Shown piece by piece: positions 9,323 through 19,666 of a stretch of 64,000 bases of DNA (its first letter is position 1; the number at the start of each line of letters is the position of its first letter). Where the stretch lies: assembly GCA_965217035.1 (NCBI GenBank), contig OZ244226.1, positions 2,710,146 to 2,774,145 of the forward strand, read 5' to 3'. Below the pieces are notes generated by a model that was given only the letters and a program-made list of their open reading frames with translations, made no database searches and had not been told where the DNA came from. This DNA is from Bacteriovoracaceae bacterium. Its GTDB lineage: Bacteria > Bdellovibrionota > Bacteriovoracia > Bacteriovoracales > Bacteriovoracaceae. The position numbers and the translations under genes were made by a program.

Positions 9323-10658
9323 GACTCTACACACTTCATGGTGGAACACACCGCACTCAATCCCTTAAGAACAGGCATAAAGAACTTTTAACCGGTAGTT
9401 TATAAAGCTCTTATATCCGTAAGCACGCCTCTGCAGCTGCTTGCAGACATTGTTAAACCCCTCGGTTCTAGCATTGGTCAAGCGATTTTCAAAGTAGTTA
9501 AGAATCTCTTCACGCCAGTTCATGAGCGTTCTTCTGAGCTTTTTAAGCTCAGGAATTGAACTAAGGGCAAGAGAGTCTGTGAGGTTTTGCAGACTCTTTC
9601 TTGCACGCTTAACTCCTTTACAACCATAAAACTTATGAATCGATTCTTTCACCCAGTAAATCTCATTAAGTTCTGGGTACTTTTTTAGCTCTTTTTGGAA
9701 CTGTATTCTAGTCCAGTAATCCATCTTCTTGGAGTCCATGAGCAAAAACTTTCTAAGCTTTAATTTTTTACTTTTAAATTCTTTGTTTCGATAAAGATCA
9801 AGAATACGATTAGGAAGTCTAATAACGTGGAACTTATCGGCTATAATTCTCGCTCTTGGAAAAAAGTCTCTGGCAAAACTGCGGTAAGTTGTTGAGAGAT
9901 CCATGGTAATGTTTCTGACGTTTTCTCTTCCAGGGATATAAGCGAGAGCTTGCTTTAACTGCAATGATGTTCTGGTGGGAATTAACTCTTTAGCTTTTTT
10001 GTTATTGTGATCGACAATCAAAGTGACAAACTCTCGTCTACTGTACTGTTTATTACGTATGAAGCTATGCTCATCGATTCCAATACTTCGTGGCCATGGA
10101 TTGTTTTTCTTTTTTCTCCATTCAAGTTCTAGTTGTCTGTAATGTCTTTCATAGATCGTTTTATTACCAAGTTTAAGATGCTTCCTGGCAGCTTTCATGT
10201 TGGCAAATTTATCGCAAATGTAGAGAAGGTTTCGTTGCAGGCGCTCAGTAATTCGAGCATGTTTACTAATCCCTGGGATAGTTTCAGTAGTTACTTTTTT
10301 ACATCCACAGCATCTAAATCGCTTCTTTTTGATTTTGAGAATTTTAACTTTTCCGACATAGGGAGCATCTTTAATGATAACAGTCCTTCGATCATGAACT
10401 TTTGAGCATTCTAGTCCACAGTGAGGGCACCATAGAGATTTGCTCTTGGACTCACAAATAAAGATGATTTCTTTCTTGAATTGAGCGAATCTTACTAATT
10501 TTAGTTTCGGTAACAGAAGAAATTGAGTAAGTTTTGAGTTGGGCATAAGTGTTCTCCAGTTAAAATTTTGAGTGGTATTAAAATTCTAACCGGTTGAATT
10601 TCTTATGCCTGCTTATTTAGAATTGATGCGGCGAGTACACCTTGAAGTGTGAAGACCG
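9323..10658 (-). mobile_element. ISL3 family insertion sequence
   Basis: Imperfect terminal IRs (GACTCTACACACTTCATGGTG vs reverse-complement CGGTCTTCACACTTCAAGGTG); direct repeat CAATGTTC at 9315-9322 and 10659-10666. Confidence 0.9.
9365..10546 (-). CDS. ISL3 transposase
   Basis: CPHCG zinc finger, IGIDE, TMD, DKFHV, TNARTEGFN, RRAYGY. Confidence 0.97.
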   Translation of the reverse strand: MPNSKLTQFLLLPKLKLVRFAQFKKEIIFICESKSKSLWCPHCGLECSKVHDRRTVIIKDAPYVGKVKILKIKKKRFRCCGCKKVTTETIPGISKHARITERLQRNLLYICDKFANMKAARKHLKLGNKTIYERHYRQLELEWRKKKNNPWPRSIGIDEHSFIRNKQYSRREFVTLIVDHNNKKAKELIPTRTSLQLKQALAYIPGRENVRNITMDLSTTYRSFARDFFPRARIIADKFHVIRLPNRILDLYRNKEFKSKKLKLRKFLLMDSKKMDYWTRIQFQKELKKYPELNEIYWVKESIHKFYGCKGVKRARKSLQNLTDSLALSSIPELKKLRRTLMNWREEILNYFENRLTNARTEGFNNVCKQLQRRAYGYKSFINYRLKVLYACS

Positions 10659-10885
10659 CAATGTTCATGACAACGTTCAGAACATTGTATTAAAGGGCTT
10701 ATATTCCGCTTAATAAATTATTGAATTTTGAATTCTGAAGGATTTCCTAGTTATTATTTGTCAGCCATATCTTAGATCTTAATAATACCCTAATATTACA
10801 GATTACATCATTTAGAGGTGCAACCCGATAAAGGGTTTAGACATGTATAGTATAGTAATTATGACTGAATTGGAGAATAAGAGAA

Positions 10886-12282
10886 GTGAAGAAAAAAATA
10901 CTTGGACTAGGAATAAGGACATATCCATACAACAATCATGGAAACTTTATTGAGGAAATTTCATACAGAAATCATTCATCACTATTAGACGCTGATATCT
11001 TACTCATTTCCCCAAGCCTTTCGGCATACGATTATACTTGCCATGAATTCTTTGAAGGAAAACCATCTCTAGACTCAGATGCTTCGGGGCGATTCAAGGA
11101 TGATCTTAATTATTGGAAGAGAGAAGTTGATAATGCGATAAAGGCCGGAATAACAATTTTTTTTATTGGCAACAAACCAAATGACTTTTTTTATAAGACA
11201 GGCGAAAGAGATTTATCGCAACGAGGAAAAAATATAAGCTATGTTGACTCTTTTAACTCATGTGAGATATGCCAGATTTTTATGCATCCTCTGGTAAATC
11301 GATACGTTTTGTCGGTAATAATTCTATAGTGAGGTCACTCTGGGAAGATAATAAAGAATATTTCAACTATGAAATAACATTTGATAAAGATAATTTTGAA
11401 GGTTCTCCTATGCTCATTCAGCCCAAAAGTGGTCGAGTTATCGGAGGCATCCAAAAAACTGAAAAAGGATTCATTGTTTTTCTCCCTGCTATTAATTTCA
11501 GACATTCATCATTTAGTGAAATGGATGAGGTAGAAGGGGAAGTATGGAGTGATAAGGCAGAGCAGTTCGGAGCAAGATTTACTCAGCAAATTGTGAGTAT
11601 CCACAAAGAGCTGAGTAAGCAAGAGTCTCATACTCCTCTTCCTCAATGGACAGAAGAGCCTCAGTATCAAATTAAAAAGGTGCAGGAAATTAAGAAAAAG
11701 ATTAATGACATAGAAGAGTCAATTCAAAAGCTTGAAAATAAGAAAATTAAAGAAGAGGAAAATGCAAAGAAAGCATCAATCCCAATTCGATTACTTTATG
11801 AGACGGGGACACCTCTTGAAGTGAGTATTAGGGCTTGCTTAAAAGAATTGGGCTTTAAAGCAGAACATTATATTGATTCTGAGTCTGAGTTTGATGTACT
11901 TTTTTCAAGCAAAGAAGGTCACTTTTTAGGAGAAGCGGAAGGGAAGGATACCAAGGCAATTAATAAAGATAAAATCTCCCAGCTTATAACAAACATAGGA
12001 GAATACACTGCAAAAGAAGATACTGATATTGTCCCAAGGGGAGTCCTGTTTGGAAATGGTTTTAGACTAACCTCTCCGATGGATAGAGAGGATCAGTTTA
12101 CTGAAAAGTGCTTCCAAATATCTAAGGCTCAGAATATAGCATTGATCCAGACATCTGATTTATTTCCAATCTTTCTTTACCTTATGGAGAAAAAAGATGA
12201 GGCATTTAAAGAGAAATGTAGGAAGGCTATAGTTAATACACAGTCTGGTTTAGTTAAGTTTCCTAAACTTCCAAAGGTTTAA
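10886..12282 (+). pseudogene. frameshifted gene for a coiled-coil plus PD-(D/E)XK-like nuclease protein
   Basis: Two ORFs overlap at 11269-11329 and read as one protein with a frameshift near 11266; C-terminal LGF...EFDVLF...GEAEGKD; central coiled coil. Confidence 0.55.
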
Positions 12283-12360
12283 GAAAGTGGAAGTGGGGGT
12301 ACATTTAGGGGTAATTTTCACATCTAATAGCAGTATTGCTTAATTATAATAATAAGTTAG

Positions 12361-12537
12361 GTGGGCGGTTCGATTCCCACCACCCAAATCAAAAAATTAT
12401 CCGATGGATAGTTTTTTGATTTGAGTGATGGGATTGCACGAGCGTAGCGACGCTGAGGTAGGAGCCGAAGCGGTCGACAAAGTCGCTCGCAGAGTCCCGT
12501 AGCAGGATGCGGAGGGGACAGTTCGATTCTCGCCACC
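12361..12537 (+). repeat. damaged tmRNA/tRNA 3'-end copies (att-like) with a long hairpin
   Basis: AGTTCGATTCTCGCCACC at 12520-12537 is identical to tmRNA 9267-9284; variant GTGGGcggTTCGATTCCCACCACC at 12361; 22-bp hairpin at 12381-12427. Confidence 0.75.
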
Positions 12538-12796
12538 CTATTAAGCGGGAAGACCGTATATAGATAGTACTGTAGGCTCTCTTTTAGTGGAATTTTAAGT
12601 ATCCTAAAATCCGGCAAGTTACTAGAATTGCACAATTTATAAACTGTCGTATCTTTGAGTAGTCGTTTTTTGTAAATATTACTCATGGCATGGCGCAGTA
12701 TCTAGCTGAGGCTTATACTCATATAAGTAAAGATATTATTAATTACGCTTACTTTAGATAAACATCAGAATTATGAGCATAGTTCAGGAATAAATT

Positions 12797-13093
12797 ATGA
12801 AGAAACTATTAGTAGGATTATTAGCTATTGGGAGTTTATCGACCCTTGCAGGAGAATGTACAATTCTTCTTTTAAAAAATGGGAGACCTGATGCTCCAAT
12901 AAATGGCAGGTCAAGCCTAAAAAAGTGCTTGAAGGCTTCTTCTGTTCTTTTAGAAAAAAATCAAGATGCTACAAATCCAACTGTTGTTGTCGCTCACACC
13001 GGCTTAGATAATGAAATATATATGCGACTTCGAGATGGGTTGGTCACTGAGCTGAGAAGTAATGACGAAAAATATATTTGGGAGAAAAAATGA
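12797..13093 (+). CDS. small secreted hypothetical protein
   Basis: Signal peptide MKKLLVGLLAIGSLSTLA; RBS AGGA. Confidence 0.7.
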   Translation: MKKLLVGLLAIGSLSTLAGECTILLLKNGRPDAPINGRSSLKKCLKASSVLLEKNQDATNPTVVVAHTGLDNEIYMRLRDGLVTELRSNDEKYIWEKK

Positions 13094-14289
13094 AGAGATT
13101 AATATGTATGACATTATTGTTCACTATGACCGTGGCAAGAGCGCAAGTATTTACAATGCCTAAAACAGAAGGACAAGAAATTTCTCCATGTGTAGACATA
13201 ATGGTCCATCAAAATCGTAGTATCAGAGGACTTCATCCCGATCCTTATCCTGCTACTCCTAAAGGGCATCTAGGACTAAGTAATTCTCGCTATCACTCAA
13301 GCATGGAAAAAATGTCTGAGACTGAGTTTGAAGAATTATTTAATTTACATATGCCGGAGTCGGATCGTCGAGTCGGTTTTAAATCAAATCTTGAAAGACT
13401 ATTTGGAAAAAGACACTTAGCGATATCTATGAAACAAGCAACATATGGAGATCTCCTTATTGGAGCTTCTACAAAAGCAATTGTCTCAGGAGATAGAAAT
13501 GTAAAAGTCAGAGCATACGAATGTAGGAAAGAATCATCTTCGGATTACTACGATCTTTATCTTGCTAAAAGAACGGGCAAAGGGATAAGTGAGAGTCGTC
13601 AGAAGTCTATTGTTGAAAACTTAGATATAAGAAAGGGTTTTGGACCAATCACAAATAATATATTCTCAACACTTTTACCGGGTCTTGTTTCAGGATCTTC
13701 CTCGATAAGTGTTTCTGAGCACTTTCTAAATAATGATACGCATTTTAGAGTTCAAAGGGCCTTCAATGACTTTAATCCAAATGCATTAAATCGCGAGTAC
13801 TCGTGTATTGTTGAATATGTTAATTCTGAAACTAATAAAGCAGGTGCAGCTTTTGTTTTTGACCAGCCTGTTGCTTCGTATGATGAATGGTTAGAAAGAA
13901 GCTATAAAAAAAGTACGGATAAGTATGTAGAACATAACTATGGTATCGAAGAAAACATGTCTCCTCTTGCAAGAAAGTTAAGCTTTACAGATGGTAAAAA
14001 TTTGTCAATTTACAAGAACTTTATGCTCGAGGAAAAAAAGAAAAAAGAACCAGGAAAGTTAAGCTTTAGTACCTACTATAATAACGATGCAAGTAATGAC
14101 GCTTTATTCGCAAATACTTATATAAGATCCGATTTTGATGAGAAAGAAAAAACTTTAAAAATATACTCAAATGATGGACTTGGTTTAAAAAAACATATTA
14201 AGCCTCATATGCTACTATCAAAAAGTAAATGTCGCGAAATACCTATTACTGAGATTAGAAACCAATATTTTGAAAGCTATCCTGAGTAA
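13090..14289 (+). CDS. secreted hypothetical protein
   Basis: Signal peptide from ATG 13090 (ATGA-coupled, GGAG RBS). Confidence 0.7.
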   Translation: MKRLICMTLLFTMTVARAQVFTMPKTEGQEISPCVDIMVHQNRSIRGLHPDPYPATPKGHLGLSNSRYHSSMEKMSETEFEELFNLHMPESDRRVGFKSNLERLFGKRHLAISMKQATYGDLLIGASTKAIVSGDRNVKVRAYECRKESSSDYYDLYLAKRTGKGISESRQKSIVENLDIRKGFGPITNNIFSTLLPGLVSGSSSISVSEHFLNNDTHFRVQRAFNDFNPNALNREYSCIVEYVNSETNKAGAAFVFDQPVASYDEWLERSYKKSTDKYVEHNYGIEENMSPLARKLSFTDGKNLSIYKNFMLEEKKKKEPGKLSFSTYYNNDASNDALFANTYIRSDFDEKEKTLKIYSNDGLGLKKHIKPHMLLSKSKCREIPITEIRNQYFESYPE

Positions 14290-14316
14290 GTAAAAGTTGA
14301 AAAATAAAAGTTAATA

Positions 14317-14358
14317 TTGATTTAACAGGTTCTTCTCTTGCAAAACCTGTTAAATCAA
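14317..14358. terminator. hairpin between convergent genes
   Basis: 15-bp perfect stem TTGATTTAACAGGTT / AACCTGTTAAATCAA. Confidence 0.65.
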
Positions 14359-14471
14359 ATATCGATTAAAATAATTTTTTCAAATTGATAAATTGTCATT
14401 TCTCAAAGGTTTCTGGTTGATAGCTTTATTTTCCATTATTTCTTTTTCTCATACTCTGTATATCAAAAAGC

Positions 14472-15938
14472 TTAGTGTAGCGTCCTTACCAGGCGAAAAC
14501 CTAGAAAGTCTACTTTGTGAGACTTTTTTAAATAGCTATTGTTAGCAGATCCCAAATCATCTTTACTTAACCAGCCACTATTCCAGCCGCCGCCACGCAT
14601 CGTTGCACAACAATCGTCAGGACGGCCTATTGGATCTTTAAGAGTTTTATCGGCTCCTCGACGAATTGATTTATCCAATACGTCATACGTCCACTCCTGT
14701 ACATTACCATGCATATCATACAGTCCTTCATCGTTTGGTTTTTTTAACCCAACAGGATGAGTCTTTTTTTCTGAGTTCGCATCATACCAAGCATAGTCTT
14801 TCAAAATCGATGAGTCATTTCCAAATGAATACGTTGTCCTTGTCCCTGCTCTCGCTGCGTATTCCCACTCTGCTTCTGTTGGCAGTCTGTAACAACCTGC
14901 TGGATCTTTTGGAATTCCTTTACAAACGAGACCAAGATAAGCATTTAGCTTCTTGATATACTTATGAACGTCATACCAAGAAACGGTCTCAACTGGATTG
15001 CTGGGGCAAATTCCCTCTCCATTAATGTTGATATAATTGTCACAATACTCTGGAGTGCTGAATTGAGATGGATTATTACCCATGACAAGGAACCATTGCA
15101 TCTGAGTTACTTCTTTTGTCATAATCTCAAATGACTTTGAAATGATAACATTTCTTGATATTTGGTCACGAGGGCCTCCAAGCCCCATTGTAAAAATTCC
15201 ACTTTCGATTTCTTCAAAGGAAGCCGAAAGTATTGCTGATCTTGTATAAGATCTTAATATATTGAAAATAAAACCTGTTTTTTGTTTTGAGAAGGTGTAT
15301 TTATAAAGAGTATTGCTTGAAACAATATTATCGACAAGGTGATCAATTTTTTCATTAATTTTTTTTATGATTGGGTTAAGTTGAACATGTTTGTCTATCT
15401 TTTCTTCAACTTGAGAAAGGTCGTATTTTAAACTGTCATACTCAGCTAGAGAAAAATCATACTTCGAAACATCATATTCAGCTTTATCAGTATTTTCATT
15501 ACCAAAAGTATCTATAAAATTTTTAACTTCTACTATCTTCACCTTTAACTGTTTTTTCTTATTTTTGAGTGACTGAACGTCTTCTTTTTGGCCATTAAGA
15601 TGAGTGTTATAAAGCTCTATCTTCTTTTTATTGGAATTGTCGTAGTTTCCAGGTAATCTCAGCGCCGTTTTCAAAGAATTTTTGAATTCAGAAACAGGAA
15701 CTCTTTGTTCTCTCGTTCCGGCTTTCGGTTTACAGTCATTTCTCGACTTTAAAATCTTGTCTGCACATTGTTTAATAACAATCTTTTCACCTTCTTTATA
15801 AAAGAGAACAACTTCTCCCCCTGGTCCTATAATTCCTACATCTTCAATTCCGGAAAGGTGTCTACTCGAATAATTAAAATTTGAGCAGCTCCACCCAAAA
15901 AGCATTAAAATAATCAGTTGTATTGAAGACCTATACAT
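14472..15938 (-). CDS. lipoprotein with coiled coil and C-terminal FGE-sulfatase (SUMF1) domain
   Basis: Lipobox-like GWSC; EVTQ, PVETVSW, RLPTEAEWEYAARAG, GLYDMHGNVQEW, RGGGW, GFRLVR. Confidence 0.9.
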   Translation of the reverse strand: MYRSSIQLIILMLFGWSCSNFNYSSRHLSGIEDVGIIGPGGEVVLFYKEGEKIVIKQCADKILKSRNDCKPKAGTREQRVPVSEFKNSLKTALRLPGNYDNSNKKKIELYNTHLNGQKEDVQSLKNKKKQLKVKIVEVKNFIDTFGNENTDKAEYDVSKYDFSLAEYDSLKYDLSQVEEKIDKHVQLNPIIKKINEKIDHLVDNIVSSNTLYKYTFSKQKTGFIFNILRSYTRSAILSASFEEIESGIFTMGLGGPRDQISRNVIISKSFEIMTKEVTQMQWFLVMGNNPSQFSTPEYCDNYININGEGICPSNPVETVSWYDVHKYIKKLNAYLGLVCKGIPKDPAGCYRLPTEAEWEYAARAGTRTTYSFGNDSSILKDYAWYDANSEKKTHPVGLKKPNDEGLYDMHGNVQEWTYDVLDKSIRRGADKTLKDPIGRPDDCCATMRGGGWNSGWLSKDDLGSANNSYLKKSHKVDFLGFRLVRTLH

Positions 15939-16131
15939 ATTATACCTCGCATTTTTTCGATATAATTTCCTTAATTTTTAATAGTTATTACACTTATCGT
16001 ACTTTAAAGCTAATACTTAACAATCTAAAATCAAAAACTGTGAATGACACTCAAGTCGTTAAAACTGACCCGACCCCTATTTTTCGATCCACATCTTGAG
16101 TGTTATGTTGCGCTCAAAAAGGAGTTGGATC

Positions 16132-16410
16132 ATGTCCAGAAAACGCTACTCAGAAGAAGAAATCATCACAAAACTTCGGCAAGCTGAGATTCTCATCTCT
16201 CAGGGCAAAACTCTTAAAGAGGCTGCTAAGGTCATCGAAGTCGCTCCAATGACTTTCACGAAGTGGAGAAAAAGGTACGGAGGGATGCAAGTCAATCAAG
16301 TTAAAGAACTCAGAGAAATCCAAAAAGAGAATGCACGACTCAAAAAGATCGTGGCCGAGCAAGCTTTGGATATCCCCATGCTCAAAGAAATCTCCAAGGG
16401 AAACTTCTAG
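16132..16410 (+). CDS. IS3 transposase OrfA
   Basis: HTH and [11 protein letters not shown] leucine zipper; AGGAG RBS; slippery G GGA AAC at 16398-16404 just before the stop. Confidence 0.9.
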   Translation: MSRKRYSEEEIITKLRQAEILISQGKTLKEAAKVIEVAPMTFTKWRKRYGGMQVNQVKELREIQKENARLKKIVAEQALDIPMLKEISKGNF

Positions 16411-16436
16411 GCCCAACGAGAAAACGAAAAGCTATC

Positions 16437-17255
16437 GTGATGCTTGGAGAGCGCTTCGGCGTCTCCGAGCGTCGTGCTTGTAAGCTCGTTGGGCAACCAA
16501 GATCTACGCAAAGGCACAAAACATCTGAAAGATCAGATGAAGAAAAACTTACCAAAGACGTTGTCACTTTGGCAGCGAAGTACGGTCGCTATGGTTACAA
16601 AAGAATCACCGCTCTTTTGAAGCAAGATGGTTGGCAAATTAATCATAAAAGAGTTTATCGAATCTGGAGGAAGGAGGGCTTAAAAGTGCCTCACAGACAG
16701 GCTAAACGAGGAAGACTGTGGTTTAACGATGGGTCGTGCATTCGAAAAAGACCTGAATATAAAAACCATGTTTGGAGTTATGACTTTGTTTATGATCAAA
16801 CAGATCGAGGTAAAAAGATCAGAATGCTTACAGTGATTGATGAGTTCTCAAGAGAATCTTTAGCGATCAAAGTAAAAAACAAACTGAGTTCAAAGGACGT
16901 TATTGAAGTTCTCACTGAGCTCTTTTTTACTAAAGGAGTTCCTGATTATATTCGATCAGACAATGGACCTGAGTTCATAGCGAAGAGATTGAGACAGTGG
17001 TTAGCAACGCTCAAGGTGAAGCCTTTGTACATCACACCAGGGAGTCCTTGGGAGAATGGTTACATAGAATCTTTTAATGGTAGACTCAGAGATGAACTTT
17101 TAAATGGTGAAGTTTTTTATTCGCTAAAGGAAGCACAGGTTTTGGTCGAAATGTGGAGAAGAGACTACAACACGATAAGACCTCACAGCAGCTTGGGATA
17201 CAAACCACCTGCTCCGGAGACGGTCATGTTTACGAATGAGGGATTGGCGTGCTAG
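16437..17255 (+). CDS. IS3 transposase OrfB (DDE), -1 frame relative to OrfA
   Basis: [42 protein letters not shown]. Confidence 0.95.
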   Translation: MMLGERFGVSERRACKLVGQPRSTQRHKTSERSDEEKLTKDVVTLAAKYGRYGYKRITALLKQDGWQINHKRVYRIWRKEGLKVPHRQAKRGRLWFNDGSCIRKRPEYKNHVWSYDFVYDQTDRGKKIRMLTVIDEFSRESLAIKVKNKLSSKDVIEVLTELFFTKGVPDYIRSDNGPEFIAKRLRQWLATLKVKPLYITPGSPWENGYIESFNGRLRDELLNGEVFYSLKEAQVLVEMWRRDYNTIRPHSSLGYKPPAPETVMFTNEGLAC

Positions 17256-17363
17256 AGAAATCTCTAATTAACCTGGATCGAAGTATGGGGTCTGATCACC
17301 CTTAGTTAAAGGATTACATCTTCTTATTCTTTAATTCTATAGGATATAATTAAAAGGTTTGTT

Positions 17364-18668
17364 ATGAATAAAGCTATTATTTCAATCCTGGCATTTATTT
17401 CGATATCAGGCTTTACTCAAAACGGAAATACGATAAACACTCATGCTTTTCAGTTTTCAGACACATTGGAAACAGTGGGAATTGAAGATGCGTTGGGAGC
17501 TAAAAGTGAGCGAGCGCAATACCGTTGGTTGTTAAGGTTTTCTTATGATCATGTTAATGATGCTCTCATTCAAATAGATCAATCTAGAAACAATAAGCTT
17601 TCTGAGTATATTGATAATATTCAAACAATAACCTTGGGAGGGAGTTATCTTTTTTCTTCACGTTTCTTGTTTGGGGTAACGATGCCATTTCACTCCGTTA
17701 GACTGAAGCCTGATGGGGCTGTCGAAACGGGAGGAGAGTTAGATCGGGAAAATATTTTAGGAGATTTAAAGCTTCACGCAAAGTGGCGTTTCACAAAAGA
17801 TTCTTCTAAGTGGAATATTGCCCTTATTCCTCGCCTCTTTCTTCCTACTGGAGATGAAAAGTACTTAATATCTGATGATTCCTTAGGTTGGGGAGCACGT
17901 GTCGCTTTTGATCGAGCTTTTGGTAAACTTAAAATCTATTCGTATTTAGGTTATGCCAATGCTTCTAACTCTGGTTTTTTGACCATTAATCGCAAACAGT
18001 TGCTAGAAGCTGCTTTAGGGCTCTCTTGGCGCATGCGTAAAAAGCTATTTTTGAACCTTGAATGGTTGGGAGACACAGGAATAGACTCCTATGAGAAAGA
18101 TCAAAACAAGATCAATATAACAACAGGTTTGAGTTATAAAGCAGAAAAATTAAGAGCTTTTGCTGGGTTTGGTTTTGAAAGTTTACGTAGCGAACGTAGT
18201 AGTGAGCTCTCTTTTTATACTGGAATAAAAATTCCTTTCGGTGCGATTTCTACTCCTACTAAAAAAGAAGTTGTTAAGTATATTGAAAAACACCTCGATT
18301 TGGCACGAGAGGTACTTTTTAAAAATGATGAAGCGATTATTCTTCCGGTTTCATTTGAAAAACTTAATTCGGCTGCGAGTACTATGATTAAATATGCTAA
18401 TTACTATCAAACAGTCACAATCGAGGGACATACGAATTCGCTTGGTTCGTCTGAATATAATAAAGATTTATCTCAAAGAAGAGCCGATTCAGTACGAAAG
18501 TATCTGATCGGAAGAGGAGTCCCCGCTGATAAGCTTATTGCCATTGGCCATGGAGAGGAAAGGTTAAAAATTCGACCAGAGAAAACGAAAGCCGACTTTG
18601 CGGCCAATAGAAGAGTTGAGTTTGTGATTGATCAGATAATAAAGCTTAAGCGTAAAGTTGTTAAATAA
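17364..18668 (+). CDS. OmpA family outer membrane protein
   Basis: Signal peptide, beta-strand region, IEGHTNSLGSSEYNKDLSQRRADSV and NRRVEF. Confidence 0.9.
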   Translation: MNKAIISILAFISISGFTQNGNTINTHAFQFSDTLETVGIEDALGAKSERAQYRWLLRFSYDHVNDALIQIDQSRNNKLSEYIDNIQTITLGGSYLFSSRFLFGVTMPFHSVRLKPDGAVETGGELDRENILGDLKLHAKWRFTKDSSKWNIALIPRLFLPTGDEKYLISDDSLGWGARVAFDRAFGKLKIYSYLGYANASNSGFLTINRKQLLEAALGLSWRMRKKLFLNLEWLGDTGIDSYEKDQNKINITTGLSYKAEKLRAFAGFGFESLRSERSSELSFYTGIKIPFGAISTPTKKEVVKYIEKHLDLAREVLFKNDEAIILPVSFEKLNSAASTMIKYANYYQTVTIEGHTNSLGSSEYNKDLSQRRADSVRKYLIGRGVPADKLIAIGHGEERLKIRPEKTKADFAANRRVEFVIDQIIKLKRKVVK

Positions 18669-18969
18669 TAGGAGTTTAAAGTTTTTCTTTAAGAGAGAGT
18701 CGGAAACCCTAAATTCTTAGGAATGATAGATTATAGATTTTTGAGTCTTTTGTCCCAATAGCTGAAAAGACACATACATTACTTACCTTTTCGAGTGCCA
18801 ATAATTCTTGTTACAATCGTAGTAGAATGCTTACTTTTAGAACAAAAAGTCCGTTTTTTTATAAAAATACGATTTAATGTTAAAATATTTCAGAAAGTAT
18901 CCCGAAAAGATGTATGAAGTCATTATATCGATTTGATTAAGGAAATAAGCGTTGATGAGAGGAAAACCC

Positions 18970-19602
18970 ATGAATTTGTTATTATTTGTTGGAGTTTTGG
19001 TACTTGGAATGTCTTGCGGTAAGGAAGAAGCTGAAAACTTGATAGATGACCTCGATCAAAGCGTTAACCTCGAAAAAACGGAAATCCTAGGACTCATTTC
19101 GGGTACCTATGAAAAATGTCTACCTTCTGTTCTCTATTCAGGCTATTACTCCAAAATAACTCACTCTCTAGTAGGAGAGGATGTTTCAAAAATAGAAACT
19201 CTTAGCAATGCGAGCGACTGTTCTAATCCTTACTATGAAGAAACTCATAAATATAAAATTTCAGATGCTCGTTATTTTGATGAAACTAAGAAAGTCTTTG
19301 AAATAGACGCTGAGTGGTTGAGCCAAGAAATAAACTTCAAGCATAGTTATTATATAAGTCAAAACTACTGTGGATATACAGACTGGGCTTTAAACGTGCC
19401 AAAAATCCTATCCGGTGTAAGTTGTCCAACATTACTATCATATGATTCTTACCATACAGCTTTTAAAGATGTAGGTAGTGAAGAATTTTTAATATATAAG
19501 ATTGATGGAAATGTATTATCTATACCATTGGGATATGATGAATCAGGTGATTCAGCTAATGAAAGAAAAAATAGTCAGTTTGGATTGATCGATAAGCTCT
19601 AG
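18970..19602 (+). CDS. lipoprotein, paralog of 27069-27725
   Basis: Lipobox LGMSC; CGYTDW...SGVSC motif. Confidence 0.75.
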   Translation: MNLLLFVGVLVLGMSCGKEEAENLIDDLDQSVNLEKTEILGLISGTYEKCLPSVLYSGYYSKITHSLVGEDVSKIETLSNASDCSNPYYEETHKYKISDARYFDETKKVFEIDAEWLSQEINFKHSYYISQNYCGYTDWALNVPKILSGVSCPTLLSYDSYHTAFKDVGSEEFLIYKIDGNVLSIPLGYDESGDSANERKNSQFGLIDKL

Positions 19603-19666
19603 AATTATAATTGGTTTTTGTCATCTCCATATTTTTAAAAAAGATAATAAAGAGCTATCTGATCAT

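Larger units (their letters stand above)
16066..17298 (+). mobile_element. IS3 family insertion sequence
   Basis: TG...CA ends with IRs TGACCCGACCCCTATTTTTCGATCCA vs reverse-complement TGATCAGACCCCATACTTCGATCCA; orfA/orfB; no clear target duplication. Confidence 0.9.

Noticed and set aside
8854..9378. ORFs 8854-9045, 9073-9378 and 9113-9349
   Set aside because: They overlap tmRNA. Only the tag frame 9016-9045 is meaningful.
12357..12686. 109-aa minus-strand ORF, or an intact tRNA at 12361
   Set aside because: The ORF is the antisense reading of tDNA fragments and hairpins. No D-arm, anticodon arm or acceptor stem supports a tRNA.
14472..14700. Diversity-generating retroelement targeting the FGE domain
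   Set aside because: No reverse transcriptase or template repeat is visible in the window.
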